Of a stretch of 64,000 nucleotides of DNA, positions 1 to 10,558 are shown one piece after another. Position 1 is the stretch's first letter; the number at the start of each line of letters is the position of its first letter. Both the position numbers and the translations under genes were made by a program. The notes beneath the pieces were generated by a model, which did not search any database, was not told where the DNA came from, and saw nothing but the letters and a program-made list of their open reading frames with translations. Location: positions 1,888,001-1,952,000 of the forward strand of contig OY968769.1 in the NCBI GenBank assembly GCA_963695345.1. Reading direction: 5' to 3'. This stretch comes from an uncultured Methanomassiliicoccales archaeon (GTDB lineage: Archaea > Thermoplasmatota > Thermoplasmata > Methanomassiliicoccales > UBA472).

Positions 1-538
1 CCACGTTGGCGAAACGGTAGATGACCGCCTCCATGTCGAACGTGTACGCGTAGGACGAGATCAATGCCTCGCAGGCGAGCTTCGACGCACCGTAGATGCT
101 TATCGGCACCAGCGGTCCATAGTCCTCCATGGTGGGGATCTGGGCCGCTTCTCCGTATATCGTCGATGTGGACGGGAAGGCGATGTTCTTGACCTTGAGG
201 TCCTTCATCGCCTCCAGCACCCGGAACGTCACTTCGATGTTCTGCTCGAAATGGGTGCGGGTGTTCGATGGACCCTGACGGACATCTGGGTTGGCGGCGA
301 AATGAAAGACAACGTCGCAACCGTTCATGGCCGGGGCGATGTCGTCCTTCAGCAGATCCAGGGGAATGAACGTGAACCGCTTCGAACGGCTGGCATCGTT
401 CAGGAACGTCATCTTGCCCGCGGAAAGATTGTCAACGCCGACCACATCGTTGTCGTTGCGAAGCAGCGCGTCGACCATGTGGCTGCCGATGAACCCGGCA
501 CAGCCGGTGACGAAGACCTTGCGGCCGCTGAGCCGCAT
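1..538 (-). CDS. NAD-dependent epimerase/dehydratase (UDP-glucose 4-epimerase-like), 3' end runs off the window
   Basis: Manual minus-strand translation: MRLSGRKVFVTGCAGFIGSHMVD (GxxGxxG), AANPDVR, STSTIYG and YGASK (YxxxK). ATG overlaps the stop of the upstream gene. Confidence 0.9.
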   Translation of the reverse strand, partial: MRLSGRKVFVTGCAGFIGSHMVDALLRNDNDVVGVDNLSAGKMTFLNDASRSKRFTFIPLDLLKDDIAPAMNGCDVVFHFAANPDVRQGPSNTRTHFEQNIEVTFRVLEAMKDLKVKNIAFPSTSTIYGEAAQIPTMEDYGPLVPISIYGASKLACEALISSYAYTFDMEAVIYRFANV

Positions 539-1107
539 CACTTGTCCCCCATTCTCCATCTGAGCTGTTCGACCAGTTGCTTCATGGCGATGCCCCTGTG
601 GGAGACCTTGTTCTTCTCGTCCATGCTCATCTCGGCGAAGCTCTTGGTCGAACCATCTGGAACGAAAACCGGGTCGAAACCGAACCCGCCCTTACCGCGC
701 TCGGTGTAGTCGATCCAGCCTTGGCAGGCACCTTTCACGAATATGCGGCCCACATCCTGGATGCTGCATCCGATGACGCACTCGAAGTGCGCGCCCCTTT
801 CCGGTTCCCGGTCCAGCAGCTTGAGGATGCCCTTGCATCCGATGGTCTTGAACGCGTATGAGGAGTACACACCGGGGAATCCGTCATAGTCGTGCAGGAA
901 CAGACCGGAATCATCCAGTATGAAGCTCGTGTACCCCATGAGCTCGACCTGGGCCACACAGCTCTTCACCACCTCCTCCAGGGTATCGGTCTGGATCTCA
1001 TCGCATTCCACGTCGACCTGGGCCACCTTGAAGCCCAATGGTTCCAACCCAGCCTTGTATTCCCTCATCTTGCCTGCGTTAGACGTTACGATGGCGATAT
1101 CTTTCAT
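538..1107 (-). CDS. rdgB: Non-canonical purine NTP pyrophosphatase (RdgB/HAM1 family)
   Basis: TSNAGK, DDSGL, GFPGVYS, GFGFDPVF and KNKVSHRG motifs. Confidence 0.95.
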   Translation of the reverse strand: MKDIAIVTSNAGKMREYKAGLEPLGFKVAQVDVECDEIQTDTLEEVVKSCVAQVELMGYTSFILDDSGLFLHDYDGFPGVYSSYAFKTIGCKGILKLLDREPERGAHFECVIGCSIQDVGRIFVKGACQGWIDYTERGKGGFGFDPVFVPDGSTKSFAEMSMDEKNKVSHRGIAMKQLVEQLRWRMGDK

Positions 1108-1718
1108 GTGTATCTTCCCCGGTCCTCTATCTCCTTGATCTTCTTCAGAACCTCGTTCCCCCTTTCGAAGTTGGAGCAATAGGAATCGAGGATGACATGG
1201 TACATCGGCAGTATCTTGGAATGGGCCGACTGGAACGCCTCATGCAAGAGGTGCAGGTCGACCCCCATCTCCTCTATCATGGCGTTGCGGGTCCCCAACG
1301 AGAGATCGATGAACCATATCTTGCCATCTCGGAGTATCATGTTGGAGGTGGTGAGGTCCCCATGGGTGATGGCTCCCTTATGGAGCAAGGCCACCAGCCT
1401 CCCGATCTCTCTGCACACCTCCTGGCAGGTCTTCTCGTCGGTGCTGTCGAGGACGTCCTTGACCCGTTCGCCCTCGATCTCCTCCATCACTATCTTCCCG
1501 TTCTTGAGGTCGATGTCATAGATGATCGGTGTCGGGACCCCATGCCTTCTGGCATCCTGGATAAGGCGCGCCTCGTTCTTGGTGCGGACTACCTTTAGGG
1601 AAGCGTCCAGATCCGGATGGCGATAGCCCTTGGTCACTCTGCTCTTGACGATGACCTTCCGCCCCATCCATACATCACGGGCGATCTCGGCCTCCGCGCC
1701 ACGTCTGATGACTTCCAC
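1104..1718 (-). CDS. bud32: KEOPS complex kinase Bud32
   Basis: RGAEAEI, K-R-K-YRHPDLD, HGDLTTSN, IDLSL and C-terminal RGRY. Start uncertain (GTG at about 1718). Confidence 0.92.
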   Translation of the reverse strand: MEVIRRGAEAEIARDVWMGRKVIVKSRVTKGYRHPDLDASLKVVRTKNEARLIQDARRHGVPTPIIYDIDLKNGKIVMEEIEGERVKDVLDSTDEKTCQEVCREIGRLVALLHKGAITHGDLTTSNMILRDGKIWFIDLSLGTRNAMIEEMGVDLHLLHEAFQSAHSKILPMYHVILDSYCSNFERGNEVLKKIKEIEDRGRYT

Positions 1719-1800
1719 GGCGAGAAAACCAGTACTCGATGTATTAACCTTTTGCATTCGGACCGGCCAATGGAAGGCCGCCGGCATTGGCCGGCGTCCT

Positions 1801-3725
1801 TCAGGGTCGGGCATCACCGGCCTTCACGGGTCCGAGGGTTTCACTTTCCTTTGCCGGGTTCGGGGGATCCGCCTCCGGTGTCTTGCCTTCATTGGCATGG
1901 AAGACCTGAAGGGTGGCACCAAGATCGCCCACCTTCTCGATCCGGAAATCCTCGGGGAAGGCAGACTGCATCGATGGCATGAGGTATCTTTCATCCAACA
2001 GGACCATGGTGGCCCGGTCGAACTCGCTCCGTATCGCCCTTCCGGCGGCCTGCAGGACGCGGGAGACCGCCGGGTATGTCGACACGTACAATATCGCCTT
2101 CCGAGCGCCATACCTCTTCTCAAAGCGGGACTTCATCACCTCCCCTTCCATGGTGGGGGGTGAGAACGGGAACCCGGCCACCACGACCGAGGACAGTAGG
2201 TTGTCGCTGAAGTTGACTCCCTCCGCGAAGGAACCTCCGATGGTGGCCATGAGCAGGGCGCTCCTGTCCCTTCTGAGGTCGGAGATCATCGCTTCCTTCT
2301 CGTTCTTTCCGAACTCCCTTCGCTCCATCAGGATTCGTTTTCCCATGCATGCATTCCCGGATGAATGGTTCCACCCGCTGCATGAAATCGTAGGAAGGGA
2401 AGAAGGCCGCGACATTGCCTGGGGTCATCTTGCAGGTCTCCACGATCTTGACGGCCATGGTGCGGAACATGTCGTCGGTTCGCAGATCATACTTCGACGA
2501 CACTCCTTCGACCCCCAGCACCAGGCGATTGCCTGGAGGAAACGGCGAAGGGTAGCGGCGGCAGGCGCAGCGGTCGGAGAGGCCGAGCACGTCCGCGAAC
2601 ATCTCCGGGGGATGAAGGGTTCCGGACATGATGAGGCGAGCATCGCACCCGGTCGAACACCGAGGACGATACCAGGGAAGGCTCTATGAACCGGGTGACT
2701 ATCCGGGCCGGATGCCGTTCCGCGTACCTGACGGTGGAGTCCCCGAAGGAGCGCCAATTCGCCAGGAACGCGATCAGTTCCTCGACCGAATGGCGGCTCC
2801 GGCCGATGAAGTACCGATCCATCTCGTCGGCCACCTGGGCGCAGTCGACGGAGAACTCGGACAAGAGCATCTCGTCCAGCGCGGCCGTTTCCAGGTACGG
2901 GTCGCTGGCCAGCGACGATATGTCATCCAGCCTTCGTTCCAGCGACTCGAAGATGGAACGGAATCGTCGGTTGCCGGTACTGTTACAGGCCCGCTGCAGC
3001 ATTTCCCGGGTCAGGACGTGGCTGTGGTTCTCCATGATCCGGGCCGGGAGGTTGTGCCCCTCATCGACCACCACGATCATCTCCTCCGGTGCCCGTGCCG
3101 GTCCGGTCGAACAATGCCGTGTTCGCGATCCCCGAAAACCTGGTTGTAATCGCAGACTGCTATGTCCGCCATGGTCAGGGCCTTCATCGCGGCATGATGG
3201 GGGCAGGCACCCACTCGAATGCACATCCGGATGACCTCCTGGACGTGAAGCGGATATTCCAGCAGCTTGCCCGCGGCCTCATTGATCCTGGCCTCGTCCA
3301 GGAAATAGCAGTCGCCCGAGGATAGAGCAGGGCACCCCGCTGCCCTTCTTCCGGCAGAGGCAGGTGTCTTCACGGGAGATTATGTCCACCGCCTTGACCC
3401 GCTCCTTCTTCCATATGTGGCGGAGCGTCTCTATGGCCGCGGCGTGCTGTGACTGGCGGGAGGTGAGGAAGAATACGAATCCGTCGTTCTCCAGCGAGGT
3501 CTCGAGGGCGGCGGTCAGTGCCACCGCGGTCTTGCCCAGGCCGGTGGGGGCATGGGCCAGAAGGTTGATCTTGTTCCTCATGCATGATCGGGCGTCCTCC
3601 AGGAACTGTCGCTGGCCTTCCCTGACGAGGTCGTAAGGGAACAGGTCCGCCGGGCATTCCAGGGTGCTGCTGTCTAGGCACTTCGTTTCGGTCATGATGA
3701 TTTGGAACGGTCCCGGGAGATGCAT
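1801..3725 (-). CDS. XPD/Rad3-family ATP-dependent DNA helicase, split by several frameshifts
   Basis: APTGLGKT (motif I), Fe-S Cys region, DEGHNL (II), MSGTL (III), FFPSY, GSFAEG and QAAGRAIR (VI), spread over consecutive minus-strand ORFs. Confidence 0.88.
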
Positions 3726-3907
3726 ATCCGCCCTGCTAGAGTAAGGCTACCCAAATGCTTCGGTCTCGAAGGGGGACGCCGCCATTCCTTTTCGAGTACA
3801 TCCGATAGCCTCTCGTCATAGGCCGATCTGTTTCGGGCCGTTCATGTCCAGTCATCAGACGGGTGGATTCTGGAAAGACTTTAACGTTGAGAGGATGTTC
3901 ACACCTC

Positions 3908-4578
3908 GTGGAATATATCCCGACCGAATGCGGGGCCCTCGACGCGATGCTCGGAGGGGGCATCGAGACCAGCTGCATCACGCTGCTCTACGGCGAGGCC
4001 GGGACCGGGAAGACCAACCTATGCCTGGTGCTCGCCCGGAACGTGGCCAGGTCGGGGAAGAAGGTAATCTACGTCGACTCGGAGGGCGTTTCGGTCGAAA
4101 GGCTGCGCCAGATCTCCGGGAAGGACTATGAGGAAGTGACCCGGAACGTGCTGTTCTCGGAAGTGCACTCGTTCACCGAGCAGGAGACGATGGTGGACAA
4201 GGCCATCAAACTGGCGGAAGGGAATCCCGGATTTTGGCATGATCATCATCGATTCCATGACCATGTACTATCGGCTCACGTCGCGGGAGGAGGAGCGCAG
4301 CGAGAGAAGGTCGATCGCCGGCATGAGCGCGCGCCTGCTGACCCTGGCAAGGAAGAAGGGATTGCCGGTCGTGGTCACCTCCCAGGTGTACACTGATGTC
4401 GACAAGGGGACCTTCGAGGCCCTAGGGCGGCAATGTGCTCATGCACAACTCGAAGACCATCATCAAGCTGGAGCGGGTTGGGACCGGCCGCCGCCGGGCC
4501 ATCATAATGAAGCACCGGCATCTGGCGGAAGGAAGGTCGGGCGAGTTCGCCCTGGTGGATTGGGGCATCACCTGCTGA
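3908..4578 (+). CDS. radB: DNA repair protein RadB, frameshifted
   Basis: LDAMLGGG, GEAGTGKT, YVDSEG, IIIDS and C-terminal KHR motif across ORFs 3863 and 4239 plus a third frame. Confidence 0.9.
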
Positions 4579-4613
4579 CGACCCGCTTAGAAATATTGGA
4601 TGGAAAGAAGGTT

Positions 4614-5605
4614 TCAAGCCTCGCGTCCGACCGCGAAGTCCACGAATGCGGCGAGCACGTCCTTCTCGCGGCTTGGTTTGAGGCAATCGAGCTTCTGCTT
4701 GGCCTCGGCCGCGTAACGCAACGCCTCGGTCCGGGCGTACTCGATCGAACCGATCTTATCCAGGACCGCCTATGGCAGCGCTGACCTGGACGTCCGTCGC
4801 CTTCTCGTTGCCCAGAGCGGCCAGGAGCGTCGCCTTGTCCTTGGAGCCTTCCTTGAGGTGTTCCATGGCGTGCACGATGATCAGCGTGCGCTTGCCGTTC
4901 CTGATGTCGGAGCCGACCGGTTTTCCGGTCTTCTTGGTGTCGCCCTTGATGCCCAGCACATCGTCCCACATCTGGAACCCGATGCCCATCAGGCGGGCGT
5001 ACTCCTTCATGTCGGCGACCTGCTTCTTGGTGCCGCCGCCGATGATCGCCCCGCCCTCGGCGGCGCAGGCGAACAGGACGGCGGTCTTCTTCTCCACCAT
5101 CTCCACGTACTCTTCGATCTTGACCGTGACCGTGCCTTCGAAATCGACGTCCATCTGTTGGCCCTCGGCGATCAGGTAGACGGTCTCGGAGACGGAATGG
5201 AAGTATCGTGCGCAGGTCCTCCAGGCCGACATCGGTCTCGGACAGTACCTCGTAGCCAACGGCGAACAGAGCGTCACCGGCGATGATCGCCGTGGGCACG
5301 TCGAATAGAACATGGACCGCCGGCCTTCCCCGCCTGACCGGGTCCTGGTCGATGACGTCGTCGTGCACCAGGGTGAAATTGTGGATGATCTCGAGGGAGC
5401 AGCCGAACGGCATGGCCTTGCTGCCCTTCTTCCCGACCGCCTCGGCGACCAGAATGGCCATGACCGGGCGCATGCGCTTTCCGCCCGCCTCCGGGTAGTG
5501 TTTCATGGCCTTCCGCAGCTTCTCATGCTTCCCGACGTCCAGATAGGCCATCAGGCTTTTGTCCACATCCTTAGCGATAGTGATCATTTCCTTAGGGAAC
5601 TCCAT
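4614..5605 (-). CDS. idsA: Polyprenyl (geranylgeranyl) diphosphate synthase, frameshifted
   Basis: GGKRMRP, HNFTLVHDDVID..RRG (first Asp-rich motif), GQQMD, KKTA and FQMWDDVL. Confidence 0.92.
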
Positions 5606-5606
5606 T

Positions 5607-6675
5607 TCACATCCCCTCCTCGTCCTTCTGGCTGATCCACTCGGCGGTCTTGCCGGTCACGATGCAATCCTTGGAAGACAGTGATGCCACATTAGCTGAG
5701 CCGGTCAAGAACATTGCGGCCCTCAGCTCCTCCCTGATCAGGATGAGCTTGTCCTCGACGGCCTTCGGGGAGATCATCGCCTCCTTGAGCACTCCTCGGG
5801 CGATGCCTCCGCACTTGGCCCCAAGCGCCAAGGCCTTGGCCACCTGCAGTCCGTCCTCGACCCCTCCGCTGGCGATGATGGGCAGACCAACGTTCGCCTC
5901 GAGCACCGAGGCCGGTGCCGGGATGCCCCAATCGGAGAACAGCCTACCGATGGCGGCGCAGCGCATGTCCCCCGCCCTTTCGGCCCGGAACCGCTCCACC
6001 GCTGAGAAGCTGGTCCCGCCCGCTCCTGAGATGTCCATGCCGATGATCCCGCTCCCCTTGAGCTTCATGGCCACCTCGTGGGATATTCCCGCCCCCGTCT
6101 CCTTGACTATAGAAGGCACCTTCCTCGCCACGGTCCTGATGGCGTCCAGACAGCCCTTGGCGTTCGTGTCGCCCTCCGGTTGTGCCACTTCCTGCAGGAA
6201 GTTCAGGTGGATCGCCATTACGTCTGCGTCGATCATGTCCATGGCCTGTTCGACCTGGTCCACGGAGAAGGCCTTCTTGCGGTTCTGCTTGATCAGCTGA
6301 GGCGCTCCGACGTTCCCGATCATCAGCGGCACGTCGTAGTCCTTCAGGACACGTGTACGACGCGTCGACACCATTCTCCACTGCCGCCCTCTCGGAGCCG
6401 ACCCCCATCCCGATCTGCAGCTTCTGGCACGCCTCGGCCAGGTTCTTGTTGATCTTTTCCGCCTTGGAGTAGCCTCCGGTGATGGCGGTGACGATCAAAG
6501 GAAATGCCAGTTTCTTCCCGAACAGCCTGCATGAGGTATCGATCTCGGACATGTCCACTTCTGGCAATGCGCAATGGGTCAACTTGACGTCGTCCCAGTA
6601 ACGGTATCCGCAGCAGACCTGTTCCTCCAGGGCTATCTCGATGTGGTCCGATTTCCTTTTCTCGATCTGCTTCAA
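5607..6675 (-). CDS. fni: Type 2 isopentenyl-diphosphate isomerase, frameshift near 6355
   Basis: RKSDHI, AITGG, GVGSERAA, HLNFLQEVAQPEGD, VKETGAG, GAGGTS and IASGG. Confidence 0.95.
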
Positions 6676-6676
6676 T

Positions 6677-7454
6677 TCAATTACCTCCGATGATGCGGGA
6701 ACAGACCGCCCTGCGGTCGGCGATGACGTCCGCCAGCCTACCCTCGGCGTTCCCGTTGATGATCTCGCATTCGCCGGCATGCTGGGCGATCTGGAGCATG
6801 TACTCGATCTTGGCATAGATGCTGCCGGTGACGTCGACGCAGCGTTCTGTGCGGGGAATGGTGGCAAGCGTGTTGTCGTCGACCTCTTCGATGAGGGTCG
6901 CATTCGGATCGCAGTTCGGGTCGGCGGTGAACAGTCCGTCCACATCGGCGCAGAATATGACCTTTCTGGGCTGGAACCGTTCCGCCAGCCTCATCATCAG
7001 TTGGTCCCCGGAGCAGATGCTGACCCCCTTGTCGTCGTCCAGGGCCACGTCCCCGAAGGTGACCGGGGTGATGCCGATACTTCAGGAAACGCTCGAACGG
7101 CCAAAGGTCCATCTTGGACAGGACTCCATTCTTCATGATGGCGGAGGAACCGGGGGGGACCGCCGCGGACCACATGCCCTCATCGTTGAATGCCCCGACG
7201 ACCAGGTTGTCCAGTTCCCGGACGTCGTGCATGACCTTGGCGACGCCCTCGATCTGGCGTTTCTCTTTGAGGCCGGATTGCAGGGCGTACTCCTTGGCAT
7301 AGATGTGGCCAAAGGAGCCGGCTCCATGAACAACGATCTTCTCCTCGTCGGTGGTCATCATCTCCCGGGCGAGCCTGCGGACCGTTCCCTCCCGGAATGT
7401 ACGGTAGGTGGTCTTGTCGGTGATGACGCTGCCCCCGAGCTTGACCAGTATCAT
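6677..7454 (-). CDS. ipk: Isopentenyl phosphate kinase, frameshift near 7082
   Basis: KLGGSVITDK, HGAGSFGH, SGDQL, DVDGL and DVTGSI. Clustered with fni and idsA. Confidence 0.92.
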
Positions 7455-7547
7455 TTGAGACTCATTCGAGCATGAATCCGTCGATATAAAAAATGTTCTG
7501 AATTCTATTTTTCGAACCTGGCTCCGCACTTGACGCACACCGGATCA

Positions 7548-8453
7548 TCATCCGTGGCGACGGCCCCGCACTCGGGACACTGGTAGTGCCGTCTTTATCT
7601 CGGTCCCGCACTTCCGGCAGAAAATCATCCTCAAGCGACACTTCGGCCCCGCAGTTGGGGCATTCCGGTTTGCTCTCGACAGTGTTACCGCACTTGGCGC
7701 AGAAGTTATCATCATCCTTGGCCTTGGCCCCGCACTTAGCACAAAAGGCCGCATTCTCGACCTACCTTCAACATCGTCTTGGCGACCGTTGCCGTTCGAT
7801 CGTTGGACTCAATCGGTCTTCGGTTTCTGTAGTTCCAACGGCGCCTCGATGCCTTTCTTGGCCTTGAGCGATTTCTTGAGCGCCAGATCATAGTCCTTGC
7901 ACTCGAACGCCATCTTCGCCTCGTCCAAGCAGGCAGACCGATGCAGGTCACGTCCTTGCCCCGCCGATCGACCGCTCTCGATCTCATCTCCAGCGGTCGC
8001 GATCATGAATTTGGATTCCAGGTAATTCGGCGGGAGCTTCCTCGTCTCCCCGATGTTCGCGTGCTCCTGGACCTCTTCCTCTTCACCGATAGGCTGGACC
8101 TTCAATGGAACCTTCTTCGGCTCGACCTCGAATGCCACGGTCGGAGCCTCATCCAAGAGCTTCTTCGCCTTTTTGACCGATTCAATGCATTCCAGATAAT
8201 TGCGCCGATCATATGCCAAACTGGCCCTTAGGAGTTCCATCTCCGCCGGACCGGTGTCTCTGCCTTTGTCCTTCAAAGCCCGGCTAACGGCCTGGGTGGT
8301 ATTGAGCGCATTGAAAGCCTCATCCTTGTCCAATGCACGGTCGATGTTGTCGTCCTTCTTGCCTCTGATGTATTTGATCTCGATGAAGACGGCGATTGCG
8401 AGGACTACCAAGAGAACAATGATCAGCGTTAGGTCCAGATCCATCTTCGGCAC
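7548..8453 (-). CDS. Membrane-anchored protein with duplicated helical segment and C-terminal double zinc ribbon, frameshifted
   Basis: N-terminal TM, two similar helical repeats, and a Cys-pair-rich C-terminus (CAKCG, CPNCG, FCRKCG, CPECG) read across frames. Confidence 0.6.
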
Positions 8454-8740
8454 CTTTCTTTTTCTTCGGTTGGATGACTACCAGTATCGATATTTATTAT
8501 ACTATTGGATGATTTCAAACTACGACCAGGTACTGACAGTCCGTGATTGTCTATTTCGTCGATCCACTGTTAAATTTTCCGTCCTGATTATCATGGTTCG
8601 TAGAACGGTCTGGTCCCCCGGGTATGGCGACATGAATAAAGGTTCATAGAATCCCGCAGGAAAATCGATGGTCATTCCCAGCACGGCAGTTCTTAGGAGG
8701 AAATCAATTGGTCGGCAGAGGTATGATGAAAATAAGAATG

Positions 8741-8860
8741 GCTGACAGCTTTCGGAGGTTCCCGTGGGCTCGCGCACCACAGTACAGCGCCAAACGACGG
8801 CAGGCTTAGCTTCTGGGTTCGGATGAGACCAGGCGTATCCCCGCCTCTTTGGCCGTCATA
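8741..8860 (-). rRNA. rrf: 5S rRNA, copy 1
   Basis: Reverse complement UAUGACGGCCAAAGAGGCGGGGAUACGCCUGGUCUCAUCCGAACCCAGAAGCUAAGCC...GUACUGUGGUGCGCGAGCCCACGGGAAC...GCUGUCA fits the archaeal 5S consensus. Ends approximate. Confidence 0.96.
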
Positions 8861-9035
8861 CCATTCTTAATTCCCGTGACGCAAACATGATATTTAATAT
8901 TTTTCCCACCCGAGGGTGCCAGACGACCTGCCCGCCCTCAGACACGGATCGGTCCCATCGGAGAGCGATCGGGACCCATGGCATGATTTGCACGAAGATA
9001 TCACTAAGATATGAGGTATGATGAAAATAAGAATG

Positions 9036-9155
9036 GCTGACAGCTTTTGGAGGTTCCCGTGGGCTCGCGCACCACAGTACAGCGCCAAACGACGGCAGGC
9101 TTAGCTTCTGGGTTCGGATGAGACCAGGCGTATCCCCGCCTCTTTGGCCGTCATA
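9036..9155 (-). rRNA. rrf: 5S rRNA, copy 2
   Basis: Identical to copy 1 except one base (8753 C vs 9048 T). TATA-like TTTAAATA upstream near 9186-9193. Confidence 0.96.
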
Positions 9156-9189
9156 CCATTCTTAAATCACCGAAGCAAACGGTCGTATT

Positions 9190-9722
9190 TAAACATTCTG
9201 GGACTGCAGAGGTTTTTGCAGCACTTGGACGCAAGGAACCGATGTCGATGCGTTCCTTCTCTTCCACGATGCTCCCTTCCTTTCCTAGATGTGCCATCTC
9301 CTTCTCGTCCCAGACCCTGAGGGTCGATCATTATGAAGCCTATACCGCGATGCAGCGCCACGGATTCATAGATGAATCCGACCAATCGCAGGACCTTGGG
9401 GAACTCGTTCTTCTGCTTCAGCAGGCGGAGGTCCTCCATCAGGAAGTACCGACTTTCCTCCAAGCTCGAAGAACTTGGTGATGGTATCTGTCAGGACCAT
9501 CAGGTTCTGGGGGTCGACAGAATATGGTCCGACCGTTTCTGACAGGGTCAGGACGCATTCGGGAGAAACCTCCAGGTCGTGCATGACCGTTTCCGGATCC
9601 CGCGGCGAGACGATCAGAAGGCGATATCCGGCTGATCTAAGGCCAGCTATGAGCTCACGGCCCCGACCTTCCTCCTTCCCCTTCAGGAAGTAGAGTGTGC
9701 CTGGCTTGATCTCTTTCTGCAT
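9190..9722 (-). CDS. DUF835-like protein, frameshifted, 3' end approximate
   Basis: LIVSPRDPE...SVDPQNLMVLTDTITKFF...EDLRLLKQKNEFPKVLRLV...IMIDP pattern typical of DUF835. Confidence 0.6.
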
Positions 9723-9779
9723 CCTTCCTCTCCAACCTGTATGACAATGGGATATTGATAGATAATTAATGGCCTGCCC

Positions 9780-10512
9780 CTAGACGAAATGGAGGAGAAG
9801 GACCCCGACGACCGTGCCGATGGCCATCGATGAGACGTTGTTGCCGAGCTTGTCCACCATCTTCCAGGTCTCGAACGTCGCTCCGATGAACGAATCGACC
9901 ATGCATCCGAACACGCCCATGACGATGGGTATGAAGACCCTTCCGTCTATGGCCATCCCCGGGAAGAGGACCGACCCAGCCGGCGATCGAAACGAACATC
10001 GACGCCATTATGGCCCAGAACGTCCCGTAGACGGAGATTCCTCCGTCAGTACCCGCCGGCACCTTCTTGAAATTGGTGATCAAACGGACCTGGGGGCTCA
10101 GCACGCCCAGTTCGCTGGCGATGGTGTCGGCGGCGGCCACGCTGATGGAACAGAGATAGGCGAGCACGGCGAGGGGCTGGTTCTGCATGCCGGCGGCATA
10201 CGATATCACGGCGATCAGCGCGGGCACGAAGGCGTTGGCGAAGACGTTCTTGTAGGTCCTCTCTCCCTTCTTCCCTTCCTGCAGGCCGTTCTTCATCTTG
10301 ACATCTATCTTGTACCGGGTCACCACGAAACCTGCCAGGGCGAACGCGATCAGCATGATCAGCCAGTTGATCGACCCAAAGACACCGATGACCACTCCCA
10401 TGACGAACGATGCGGCGCTCCCGCTGGCAGTCAGGAGCCCGAACTTATAGGAGATGAGCGATAGCAGCGCGCAAAGGGCCAGGACTATCGCCAGGTTCTC
10501 GATGACCGACAT
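9780..10512 (-). CDS. DUF92 (TMEM19-like) membrane protein, frameshifted near the 3' end
   Basis: LTASG, RTYKNVFAN, ADTIASELG, RLITNFKKVPAGTDGGISVYG. Confidence 0.88.
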
Positions 10513-10558
10513 TGCCCAGCTCAACGGTATGCGGATATAAACCCATTGCTCGGATGGC

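Larger units (their letters stand above)
8718..9165. repeat. 153-bp direct repeat (8718-8870 and 9013-9165) containing the 5S genes and flanks
   Basis: Direct comparison, 1 mismatch, offset 295 bp. Confidence 0.95.

Noticed and set aside
4614-7454. Pseudogenisation of the isoprenoid operon
   Set aside because: These are essential lipid-synthesis genes with intact motifs and only isolated small indels.
8723-8746. Box C (ATGATGA) and box D (CTGA) on the plus strand suggesting a C/D sRNA
   Set aside because: Antisense to the 5S 3' end and trailer. The CTGA is part of 5S helix I and no proper terminal D box or stem is evident.
8718-9165. 153-bp direct repeat as a CRISPR or mobile element
   Set aside because: It is two 5S rRNA genes on the minus strand. 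There is no spacer array, TIR or transposase.
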